From Candidatus Doudnabacteria bacterium (GTDB taxonomy: Bacteria > Patescibacteriota > Doudnabacteria > UBA920 > O2-02-FULL-48-8), in assembly GCA_016182875.1 (NCBI GenBank), contig JACPFQ010000010.1:1268-65267 (forward strand): DNA of 64,000 bases, written 5' to 3'. The notes below the pieces were generated by a model. That model searched no databases. It was not told where the DNA came from and saw only the letters and a list, made by a program, of their open reading frames with translations. Positions 50,346 to 58,364 of this stretch are shown here, one piece after another. Both the position numbers and the translations under genes were made by a program. Position 1 is the stretch's first letter, and each line of letters starts with the position of its first letter.

Positions 50346-50422
50346 TGGCGCCGCAGGCAGGATTTGAACCTGCAACCTCCGGTGGTGGGTCCCGGCGCTC
50401 TGCCAGACTGAGCTACAGCGGC
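50346..50422 (-). tRNA. Atypical tRNA or tRNA-like RNA (nominal anticodon CCA)
   Basis: Good D arm, T arm and CCA end; anticodon loop ACCCACC lacks U33 and purine 37; T6-T67 and G31-A39 mismatches. Confidence 0.6.
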
Positions 50423-50440
50423 ACGCTTAGTGGCTAATCC

Positions 50441-50659
50441 TTAACGGGTGGCCGCAGCGCGGCCGCGCTTGATCTCGTTGAGGTAGAGCAAATGCGTGAT
50501 TTGCGTCTGAAGCGCGTTGTAGGCCGGGTGGCCCACAGGGGTGCGCGTCAGCTTCTTGCGCAGGCGTCGGGCCTCACGTTCACGAGCGGCAATCACCCGT
50601 TGAACTTCGGCGTTGAGGTTGAGTCCCAGTCCCTTGCCTTGATCCGGCGATGCAAACAT
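50441..50659 (-). CDS. Small hypothetical protein
   Basis: GAGGAGG SD. Confidence 0.55.
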   Translation of the reverse strand: MFASPDQGKGLGLNLNAEVQRVIAAREREARRLRKKLTRTPVGHPAYNALQTQITHLLYLNEIKRGRAAATR

Positions 50660-50669
50660 ACGGCCTCCT

Positions 50670-50870
50670 CTACGACATCAGTTCATCGGGTTTCGGGGTG
50701 GCCAATGGCCGACCCGAAGCTTCCGCAGCGGGCACGAATCCCTTGGCGGCGGGGAGATCAACCAACGTGGCTGATGAGGCATCACAGCAGCTGATGCAAT
50801 GCGCGCCTTCCTCGTCCACCTTCACCTTGGGATGACCACGGTAGTCAGTAACTTCTGCTCCACTCTTCAC
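50670..50870 (-). CDS. Small hypothetical protein
   Basis: AAGGAGG SD before GTG. Confidence 0.5.
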   Translation of the reverse strand: MKSGAEVTDYRGHPKVKVDEEGAHCISCCDASSATLVDLPAAKGFVPAAEASGRPLATPKPDELMS

Positions 50871-50908
50871 GGTTTCCTCCTTCCAGGGCTGCCATTTCCT
50901 GAAAATCT

Positions 50909-50969
50909 GTCATTCCGGACTTGATCCGGAATCCAGTTTTTCTGGATCCTGAATCAAGCTCAAGATGAC
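50909..50969. repeat. REP-like element GTCATTCCGGACTTGATCCGGAATCC...GATGAC
   Basis: Nested inverted repeats. Confidence 0.7.
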
Positions 50970-50992
50970 AATATTCTCGCAGCCCGTGATAC

Positions 50993-51157
50993 AAAAAATC
51001 CGACCTTTCCGGTCGGTTCTATGTTACATGATCTATACTACATGCTACATGAAATTACCGACCGCGAGCTCGGAAGAAATAAAACCAGAAAGACTGTGAG
51101 GAGGTAGATAAATTCATATCCTTTACCAAGTATATGCTAAGCAAAAAGCCTTGTCAA
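50993..51157 (-). promoter_or_regulatory. Attenuator-like leader A
   Basis: TTGACA-17-TATACT; leader ORF 51117-51055 MNLSTSSQSFWFYFFRARGR; terminator CCGACC...GGTCGG plus T-run. Confidence 0.65.
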
Positions 51158-51206
51158 ACAGAGAGCGTAAAGCTAAAAACGAAAAGCGTAAAGTAACAGT
51201 TTAAAA

Positions 51207-51581
51207 TTAAAATTTACCTTTAAGCGTCAAAACACTGGCGCCAAGAATATTAGCTATTTCTGTGGCTTCCTGAAGTAAACGATTTGCTTCCTCTTTTGGC
51301 GCTAGTCCTGAATCTATTAAAAGTCCGAGCCAAAATTTTGTTTCATTCGAGGATTTCAATGCATGTGTGAAAAAATTAGTAAAATCTTTCTTAGTTCTGC
51401 CTGCTTGTGCTTCGATTATGTTTGCGCCAATGCTGGTTGCGCTTCTTAAGACCTGTTTTGCCATTACTTGAACACTTAAATTTTTCTGATCGAGCTTATT
51501 TACAAAGCTTATAACATCCAGAGCAAATCTATAAGCTCTAGCTTTTAAATCTATTTTGACTTTTGCACTGTTATTTTGCAT
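51207..51581 (-). CDS. Four-helix-bundle protein (23S rRNA IVP-like family)
   Basis: QVLRSATSIGANIIEA...F...ALKS.NET.FWL. Confidence 0.88.
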   Translation of the reverse strand: MQNNSAKVKIDLKARAYRFALDVISFVNKLDQKNLSVQVMAKQVLRSATSIGANIIEAQAGRTKKDFTNFFTHALKSSNETKFWLGLLIDSGLAPKEEANRLLQEATEIANILGASVLTLKGKF

Positions 51582-51596
51582 TTTTCGCTTTACGCT

Positions 51597-52478
51597 TTAC
51601 GTTTCCAATTTGTTAACCTTATCCAAAAAACTGTTCAGCTCTTCCTGGGAGTAAAACTCGATGGTGATTTTGCCAGTCTCGCCGTTTTTCTGCACTTTGA
51701 CCTTGGTCCCGAGTTTTCCTCGCAGTTCCGACTCCAGCGCCGCCGCTTCGGGATTGACCGGCACCCTGGGCGCCCGCTGGACCTTGGGCCGGTCCAGAAT
51801 TTCCCGTGAGCGTTCTTCCGCCTGTCTTACAGTCATGTTCTCAGCCACAATGGTTTCAAAAAAAGCCAGCTGCTTCTCCATACCCGGCAAAGTCATGATG
51901 GCGCGGCCGTGGCCTTCGGAAATTGCCCCTTCGGCCACAGCCCGCTGGATCCGAAGCGGCAGATGAAGCAGGCGCAGAGTATTGGTGATGGTCGTCCGGT
52001 GCTTGCCCATTTTCTTCGAAATTTCTTCCTGGGTCATCTGGTACTGGTCAATCAACTGCTGATAAGCCATGGCTTCTTCAATGGGGTCCAGATTATGCCG
52101 CTGGATATTTTCTATAAGCGCCAGTTCAAGCTTATGGCGTTCTTCCACCGTGTCGCGGACAATCACCGGGACTTTTTCCAAACCGGCCAATTTGGCCGCC
52201 CGCAATCTTCGTTCGCCTACAATCAGCTGGTACGTGCCGTCATCGACTGGAATCACTACCAAGGGCTGCAAAATTCCATGCTCACGGATCGAATCCGCTA
52301 GCTGCTGGAGAGTGTCAGGCGCAAAAACCTTCCTTGGCTGCCAAGGGTTGGGCTTGATGAGATCAATCGAAATTTCGGTGAAATTCAAAACCGGCAGATT
52401 AGACGGGGGCGGAACAACTTTGACCTCGTGATTTTCTGTTTCTTGGCCTGTCTGCGCAGTCGTTAAAGTATTATCCAT
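51597..52478 (-). CDS. parB: ParB/Spo0J partition protein
   Basis: PNPWQPRK, GILQPL, GERRLRAA, ENIQR. Confidence 0.95.
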   Translation of the reverse strand: MDNTLTTAQTGQETENHEVKVVPPPSNLPVLNFTEISIDLIKPNPWQPRKVFAPDTLQQLADSIREHGILQPLVVIPVDDGTYQLIVGERRLRAAKLAGLEKVPVIVRDTVEERHKLELALIENIQRHNLDPIEEAMAYQQLIDQYQMTQEEISKKMGKHRTTITNTLRLLHLPLRIQRAVAEGAISEGHGRAIMTLPGMEKQLAFFETIVAENMTVRQAEERSREILDRPKVQRAPRVPVNPEAAALESELRGKLGTKVKVQKNGETGKITIEFYSQEELNSFLDKVNKLET

Positions 52479-52527
52479 GTAAAAATCTTAACAAAAGAAA
52501 TAAAAAAAGACCAGTTATACTGGATTC

Positions 52528-52547
52528 TGGTGCCGCGGGAGAGAATC
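52528..52547 (-). repeat. Duplicated tRNA-Leu 3' end
   Basis: 19/20 nt identical to 52688-52707. Confidence 0.8.
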
Positions 52548-52687
52548 TTCATTCGCCGCTGAGGCGGCTCAACCTGGGGCAGCGCCGGAAGCTGCGTATA
52601 CTCGCTTCCGTCGATCGTTCGGCTGCGTCTGATGACTTGCCTCACTTCTGCCCGTTCGATTCTGCTCTAAAACTTTTTCAGATTCTC

Positions 52688-52997
52688 TGGTGCCGCAGGA
52701 GAGAATCGAACTCTCATGGGATTACTCCCGCACGATTTTGCCTGTCCGCCGAAGCTTTAGCGAAGGCGGAAGTCAGTGTGCGCCCCGCACCAGTAACACT
52801 ATTTACATGCAAGTGGTGCCGCTGGTCGGAATCGAACCGACATGGCCGTGAGGCCACACGATTTTGAGTCGTGCGTGTCTGCCTGTTCCACCACAGCGGC
52901 CCCACTTGAAAATAAAAGTAAGTTACGGTGCGGAGTAAATCTGCCTGCTTGCCCCGTAGCGAACGCTAGTTCTGCTTCGGGGTTCCGCCACCGCGGC
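52688..52997 (-). pseudogene. Fragmented outer tRNA-Leu(CAA) split by three insertions
   Basis: Segments 52997-52983, 52947-52940, 52782-52771 and 52740-52688 join into a near-canonical tRNA-Leu. Confidence 0.7.
52814..52900 (-). tRNA. tRNA-Leu(CAA), intact
   Basis: GCCGCTG/CAGCGGC, CACGA-CT-CAA-AA-TCGTG, long variable arm, CCA. Confidence 0.95.
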
Positions 52998-53013
52998 GTG
53001 GTCGCACTATATT

Positions 53014-53784
53014 CTACAAAATTATCCACCAAAAAACAAGAGCGACGATGATGCGATAAATGCCAAAGCTGACGAAAGAATGCTTTTGGATAAAGCTAAG
53101 CAGGAACTTAATCGCACCCATAGCCACCAAAAAAGACACGATAAAACCCACGGCCAAGACTTCAAACTGGTCAAGACTGAATTGACCTGTACTTTTGTAC
53201 AAATCCAAGCCTGTGGCCGCGGCCATGGTCGGCACTGCCAAAAGAAACGAAAATTCCACGATGGTTTTTCTTTTTAGATTCAAAAGCAGGCCGCCCAAAA
53301 TGGTCGCCGCGGCCCGCGAGACCCCGGGTATTATGGCCACTGATTGAGCCAGCCCGATCAGCGCCGCAGTTTTATAAGGCATGCTGGCGATGTCCTCGGA
53401 AGCGTCTGGTTTTTCTTTGTGCCAATACTCAAACAAAATCAAAGCTATGCCTCCCAAAAGCAGTGACCAAAGCACGACTTGTTCATTGCTCAAGAGAAAT
53501 CCTTTTACAATGTTATAAAGCAAGGCCCCAATCAGTGCTGTGGGAATAAACGCGGCTAATATTCTTTTTAGCGTTTCCAAGCTGACAAAAAACGACCGCC
53601 AGTACAAGACGACCACGGAAAGTATCGCCCCTAGCTGTATGGCAATCTCAAAGCTTTTGAGAAATTCAGTCTGCCCCAAGCCTAAAAGCTTGGAGGACAG
53701 AATCAAATGGCCGGTCGAGGAAATCGGTAAGAATTCGGTAATGCCCTCGATGATGCCGAGAACGATGCTATCTAGAATACTCAT
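53014..53784 (-). CDS. uppP: Undecaprenyl-diphosphate phosphatase
   Basis: EGITEFLPISSTGH, PGVSR. Confidence 0.95.
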   Translation of the reverse strand: MSILDSIVLGIIEGITEFLPISSTGHLILSSKLLGLGQTEFLKSFEIAIQLGAILSVVVLYWRSFFVSLETLKRILAAFIPTALIGALLYNIVKGFLLSNEQVVLWSLLLGGIALILFEYWHKEKPDASEDIASMPYKTAALIGLAQSVAIIPGVSRAAATILGGLLLNLKRKTIVEFSFLLAVPTMAAATGLDLYKSTGQFSLDQFEVLAVGFIVSFLVAMGAIKFLLSFIQKHSFVSFGIYRIIVALVFWWIIL

Positions 53785-53895
53785 AGTGAATCGTTTAAAG
53801 GTTACGAGACCCGTTTCGTTATACGGCTACGTTCAACGTCTAACTCTCAACGATACTGGCATCGTTACCGTCTAACGCTAAACTATAAGCTAAAA

Positions 53896-55131
53896 CTATA
53901 GCCCAGGTGCCGGAAAATTCTTGCAAAACCGCTTTACTTCCTGCTTGACTTTTGCGGCAATGGATGGATCCGTAATCACAGCCGCTATCCAGGATGCGAT
54001 TTTCTGCATTTCTTTTTCTTTCATGCCGCGGGAAGTCACGGCTGCGCTTCCCAACCGAACACCGGAAGGATCCCAAGGTTTTCTCGGGTCTTGTGGAATG
54101 CCGCTTTGACTCGTGACTATCCCGGCCGATTCCAAAAGTTTTCTGGCGTCCAAACCCGTAATGTTTTTGTTAGTCAGGTCAACAATCATCAGATGATTGT
54201 CCGTGCCGCCGGAAACAATTTTGAACCCGAAGTCTTGCAACGTGTGGGCCATGGCCTTGCAATTCTTGACCACTTGTTCGGCATATTTGCGGAAGCCAGC
54301 CGTCTTGGCTTCCTTCATGGTTACGGCAATGGCCGCAATCGCGTTGATGTGCGGACCGCCTTGCATGCCCGGGAAAACTGACTTATCAATGGCGGTGGCG
54401 AATTTATCTTTGCACATGATGATGGCGGCTCTCGGTCCTCGCAAAGTCTTGTGCGTGGTCGATGTCACGACATCGAAGAATGGGATCGGCGAGGGGTGCG
54501 CATCCGCGGCAATCAAGCCGGCAATGTGGGATATATCAGCCATAGCTACGGCCCGCACCTTGTCGGCGATTTCTCGAAACTTTTTGAAATCTATTTCGCG
54601 CGAATAGGCTGTATAGCCGCAAAGAATCAATTTCGGATTGACTTTGTCGGCCAGCTTCAAGATTTCCATGTAATCAAGCTTGCCAGTTTTGGGTGACAAG
54701 CCATAATGCACAAACTTATACGTTTTGCCGGTAAAGTTCACTGGTGATCCGTGAGTCAAATGTCCGCCGCTCAACAAATCCAAAGCCATGATCGTGTCTC
54801 CCGGCTCGAGCAATGCGTTGTAAACTTCGAGGTTCGCCGGACTCCCGGAATACGGCTGAACATTGACATGCCAATCCAGCGGCAATTTGAAGGCTTCTCG
54901 CACCCGATCGCGGGCCAATTCTTCGACCTGGTCAACGATTTCGCAGCCGCCGTAATACCTTTTACCCGGATAATTTTCCGCGTATTTGTTGCCGAGAATC
55001 GAACCAAGCGCTTCCATGACTTCCTTGGAGGCGAAATTTTCAGACGCGATCAAATCCAAGGTTTCCATTTCTCGTTTGCGCTCTCTTTGAATTAAATCGT
55101 AAATTTGCGGGTCTTTAGTTTTTAAGCTCAT
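53896..55131 (-). CDS. glyA: Serine hydroxymethyltransferase
   Basis: LIASEN, GGHLTHG, STTHKTLRGPR. Confidence 0.97.
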   Translation of the reverse strand: MSLKTKDPQIYDLIQRERKREMETLDLIASENFASKEVMEALGSILGNKYAENYPGKRYYGGCEIVDQVEELARDRVREAFKLPLDWHVNVQPYSGSPANLEVYNALLEPGDTIMALDLLSGGHLTHGSPVNFTGKTYKFVHYGLSPKTGKLDYMEILKLADKVNPKLILCGYTAYSREIDFKKFREIADKVRAVAMADISHIAGLIAADAHPSPIPFFDVVTSTTHKTLRGPRAAIIMCKDKFATAIDKSVFPGMQGGPHINAIAAIAVTMKEAKTAGFRKYAEQVVKNCKAMAHTLQDFGFKIVSGGTDNHLMIVDLTNKNITGLDARKLLESAGIVTSQSGIPQDPRKPWDPSGVRLGSAAVTSRGMKEKEMQKIASWIAAVITDPSIAAKVKQEVKRFCKNFPAPGL

Positions 55132-55227
55132 AATGTCAATTATTAAATTAATAATTTTGAATTTCGATTAAATTTTAAAAATTCGAATTTCGAAATTTAT
55201 TCAAAATTCAGAATTTATAATTCAAAA

Positions 55228-56385
55228 TTATTTCCTCAGTAGTCCATAAAACATTGTTAGAATTCCTACGAACGCAAATACCCAAAACACATTGCCGGTG
55301 AGGGCCAAAATCACGATGCCGCTAAGCGCCGTAAGCACTTTTCCTATGGCCAGGCTGAATTCGTAAAAAACCGAATAAGCGATGGCATGCTCCGAGCCTT
55401 CACTGCCGGCCAAATCATAAGTTAAAGAAATCATAGGGACGTTGAGAAATCCCTTGCCGGTTCTAGTTAAGGCATCAAATGTCAACACCGGCCAGAAGCC
55501 TTTCGCCAAAAACCGAAAGACCCACGTTAGTCCATAAACCAGTGCTCCCACTTGCACCAATTCAACTTTCGATAAACGATCCGTAAGCTTTCCTAAGTAC
55601 AACATTATCACGGTTGCAATTATACTGGCAAATGTCGCTATCGTTCCCACATGGAATACGGAAGAGACGGTAAGAAACATGAACACCGGCCACAAAGTCA
55701 TAATCATCAAGTCTTCCGCATAGCCCCAGTATCCTAAAAAGTTCAATGGATACCTGCGAAAAACTTTGATGAAATTTCTAAAATGAAATTTGTGCCGGGT
55801 ATAGACTTCCTTCGACCGAAACAGCGGATAAACCGAAAACAACATTAGGATTGAGCCGACTAAAAACAACGCCTGAAAACCATAAAAATAAGAAATCGCC
55901 CCGCCCAACAAGGGACCTACGATAGTGACCAGTTCAATGGTCGAAAACAATACTGCCACTTCCCTGCCGCGCTGGGATTTTTGCGAAGAAATCGCGACCT
56001 CGGCGTCATACGCCGGCCAAAAAAGCGATTTCTGAATCGCCAGCAAGACTGGAGCGAAATAAAAAAGGCTCGCATATGAACCAATTTGGTAAAGCGTCAG
56101 CCAATAAAGCACGTAGAAAACCGAACCCAGGAACATGGCGTGCTTATAGCCGATGAGGCTGGTGACTCGGGCTCCGCCAAAAATCAAAACGCTGTACCAG
56201 AAGTAAACGAACGCATAAAAAATAAGGATTTGGCCAAGGCCATACCCGAGCTTGTAAAGAAAAATTGGCTCAAAAATGAAGGTAAGCGTAAGCGCCAAAT
56301 TGAAAAAAGCCGCGCTCCAATACACTTCCTTGACTTCGCGGTTAACGTGATGGGAAAAATAATGCGGGATGTGAGGATGAATCAT
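55228..56385 (-). CDS. MFS transporter
   Basis: Many TM segments; RG...GPLLGG; GKLTDR. Confidence 0.8.
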   Translation of the reverse strand: MIHPHIPHYFSHHVNREVKEVYWSAAFFNLALTLTFIFEPIFLYKLGYGLGQILIFYAFVYFWYSVLIFGGARVTSLIGYKHAMFLGSVFYVLYWLTLYQIGSYASLFYFAPVLLAIQKSLFWPAYDAEVAISSQKSQRGREVAVLFSTIELVTIVGPLLGGAISYFYGFQALFLVGSILMLFSVYPLFRSKEVYTRHKFHFRNFIKVFRRYPLNFLGYWGYAEDLMIMTLWPVFMFLTVSSVFHVGTIATFASIIATVIMLYLGKLTDRLSKVELVQVGALVYGLTWVFRFLAKGFWPVLTFDALTRTGKGFLNVPMISLTYDLAGSEGSEHAIAYSVFYEFSLAIGKVLTALSGIVILALTGNVFWVFAFVGILTMFYGLLRK

Positions 56386-57749
56386 TTCAAAGCTTTTTCT
56401 ATCTGTTTCTTGGTGATTGGCCCTTCTCTTAATATTTTAACATGTTCAATCAAAGAAACCACTGTGGATGGCTTTGTTTTCGGCAGTCCGCCGCCGTCCA
56501 AAAATGTTATATTCGTACTTAACTTGGACTTAGCAAATTGTTTCTTAACTTCCGAAATGGAATAACAATCAGGCCCACCGGCGATATTGGCCGAAGTGGT
56601 GGTGATTGGCTTGCCAAGTTCTTCAACTAAAGCTCGAGCTAATTTGTGCGCCGGATACCTTACCCCAAGCGTCCTAGTTCCTGCCGAAAGCATTTGCCAG
56701 GATTTACCTTTGGCCTTAAGCGGCAAAACAATCGTCAACGGCCCCGGCCAGAATTTTTTTATCAATTTCTTGGCGTGAGTATTAAGTTTGACTATTTTGC
56801 CAATACTATAATACGGCGCAGTATTAGAGTAAGAGCAAATAACGTGCACTGGTTTTTTAAACCCCCGACCCTTAAGCTTATACAGCTTCCTGACGGCAAT
56901 AACATTAGTTGCGTCCACGGCCAGGCCATAAGAAGTGTCCGTGGGATAAACCACAATACCGCCAGCCTTCAGGGTTTTTACAGCCTTTGAGACTGACCCC
57001 TCACCCCTAGCCCCTCTCCCTTTGGGAGAGGGGAACCCTAGCGCTTTATCCAAAGCGTCAGGCCGCAGTTCCCTTCTCCCATCGGGAGAAGAAATTCCCT
57101 CCCTCATCTCCCGCCGGGGGCTTGGCCGAAGGCCGGATGAAGGGTTGCCGAGCTTAAACTTTTTTATCACTCGCGTTACTTGATGCCAAAAATTAACTTC
57201 AGTAATCGCCACTTCTTGAGGAACGAAATTCAATCTGAGTCCTTTCCACTTTTGTGCAATCGCTTTTGCGTCAAGTGGATTTTTAAACATTGCCAAGGTT
57301 ATATGAGGGTAAAAATTTTTCAGAATATGTCGGCTGCCAAAATTCTTTCTATATTCCAGCCCCTGCTTGCTAACATGTTTGCTCGTTACCGGCATCATTC
57401 CCGTCCTTAGATCCCTAAGCGAGTAAACCATTGCTTCATGCAACGCTCTCAGCCTTTTCGAGTTGCTTAAACCAATACCAAACCAGGAACGGCCAACTTC
57501 ATTACCTACATCCAAAGCGATAGATCTAATTTCGGGTAGTTTATGTTTTTTTATAACATCCTGAATTATCTGTGCCATCTTTTTGAGTTTTTGATTAGAA
57601 GAACGAATATGGAATAAACTAACATGCGGGATCAGTATTTTATTATCCACAACAAAAATATGCGGATACCCTTGAGCCGCATGTTTTATTTGCGTTCCGA
57701 GTTTGTGTCTAAGCTCCGCCGGCGGCAGAATGACTATATCTAACAGCAT
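56382..57749 (-). CDS. 2H-phosphoesterase-like domain fused to TsaC/Sua5 threonylcarbamoyl-AMP synthase
   Basis: PHVSL and PHITL; YPTDTSYGL, FWPGPLT, TTSAN, PSTV; start at MLLDIV. Confidence 0.8.
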   Translation of the reverse strand: MLLDIVILPPAELRHKLGTQIKHAAQGYPHIFVVDNKILIPHVSLFHIRSSNQKLKKMAQIIQDVIKKHKLPEIRSIALDVGNEVGRSWFGIGLSNSKRLRALHEAMVYSLRDLRTGMMPVTSKHVSKQGLEYRKNFGSRHILKNFYPHITLAMFKNPLDAKAIAQKWKGLRLNFVPQEVAITEVNFWHQVTRVIKKFKLGNPSSGLRPSPRREMREGISSPDGRRELRPDALDKALGFPSPKGRGARGEGSVSKAVKTLKAGGIVVYPTDTSYGLAVDATNVIAVRKLYKLKGRGFKKPVHVICSYSNTAPYYSIGKIVKLNTHAKKLIKKFWPGPLTIVLPLKAKGKSWQMLSAGTRTLGVRYPAHKLARALVEELGKPITTTSANIAGGPDCYSISEVKKQFAKSKLSTNITFLDGGGLPKTKPSTVVSLIEHVKILREGPITKKQIEKALK

Positions 57750-57787
57750 AATCTTGATACTGCAATACGGGAAAGTATTGCAGTATT

Positions 57788-58360
57788 TTACAATTTTCTT
57801 CTTGCAAACAATGTTTCGGCTAACTGACTTGCTACGATTGCTGCCACCAAAACCGTCAGATACCACTTGAGAATGTCCGCAAAGCTTCCCGGCATGCCGC
57901 GGTAAGCGCCGATAACCGCGGCCGTGTACCACGAAGTTATGGAAATCGAACCGAGGGCAAAAGCCAGCCTTCGCCAGTAACGAGGAATTTGCAACAACTG
58001 GCCGGTGAAAATCTGCTCCACTCTCGGAGCGACCAGAAAGTTCAACCCTATCCCATTCATGATAATTACCGCAAACACGATCATTTTGACCAAAAACTTC
58101 GGCGTTTGGTTATATGCGGAGGCGGAAGATAAATAAAGAGCCAGGCCGGAGAGGACAATAAAAATTAACGCCACCCAAATAACTTGGGAAAGCGAGCTTA
58201 ATATGGTGCTTTCTTCCTTCGTGATTTTTAGATCTTTAAGAAAGCGAAAAAATAAAAAATCGGCCACGGTTGCCGCGCCCAAGCCCACCGCGATGCTCAA
58301 AAGGTGGGCGATTAAAAACAGTTGATGATATTGTTCCGCTAACTCTGCCATCGTTTGCAT
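57788..58360 (-). CDS. Hypothetical multi-TM membrane protein
   Basis: About 5 hydrophobic segments. Confidence 0.7.
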   Translation of the reverse strand: MQTMAELAEQYHQLFLIAHLLSIAVGLGAATVADFLFFRFLKDLKITKEESTILSSLSQVIWVALIFIVLSGLALYLSSASAYNQTPKFLVKMIVFAVIIMNGIGLNFLVAPRVEQIFTGQLLQIPRYWRRLAFALGSISITSWYTAAVIGAYRGMPGSFADILKWYLTVLVAAIVASQLAETLFARRKL

Positions 58361-58364
58361 GGGT

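Noticed and set aside
51207-51581. Diversity-generating retroelement (Avd-like protein)
   Set aside because: No reverse transcriptase and no TR/VR pair seen in the window.
52741-52770. Group I intron in the tRNA-Leu anticodon loop
   Set aside because: Only 30 nt, and it matches a dispersed palindrome family.
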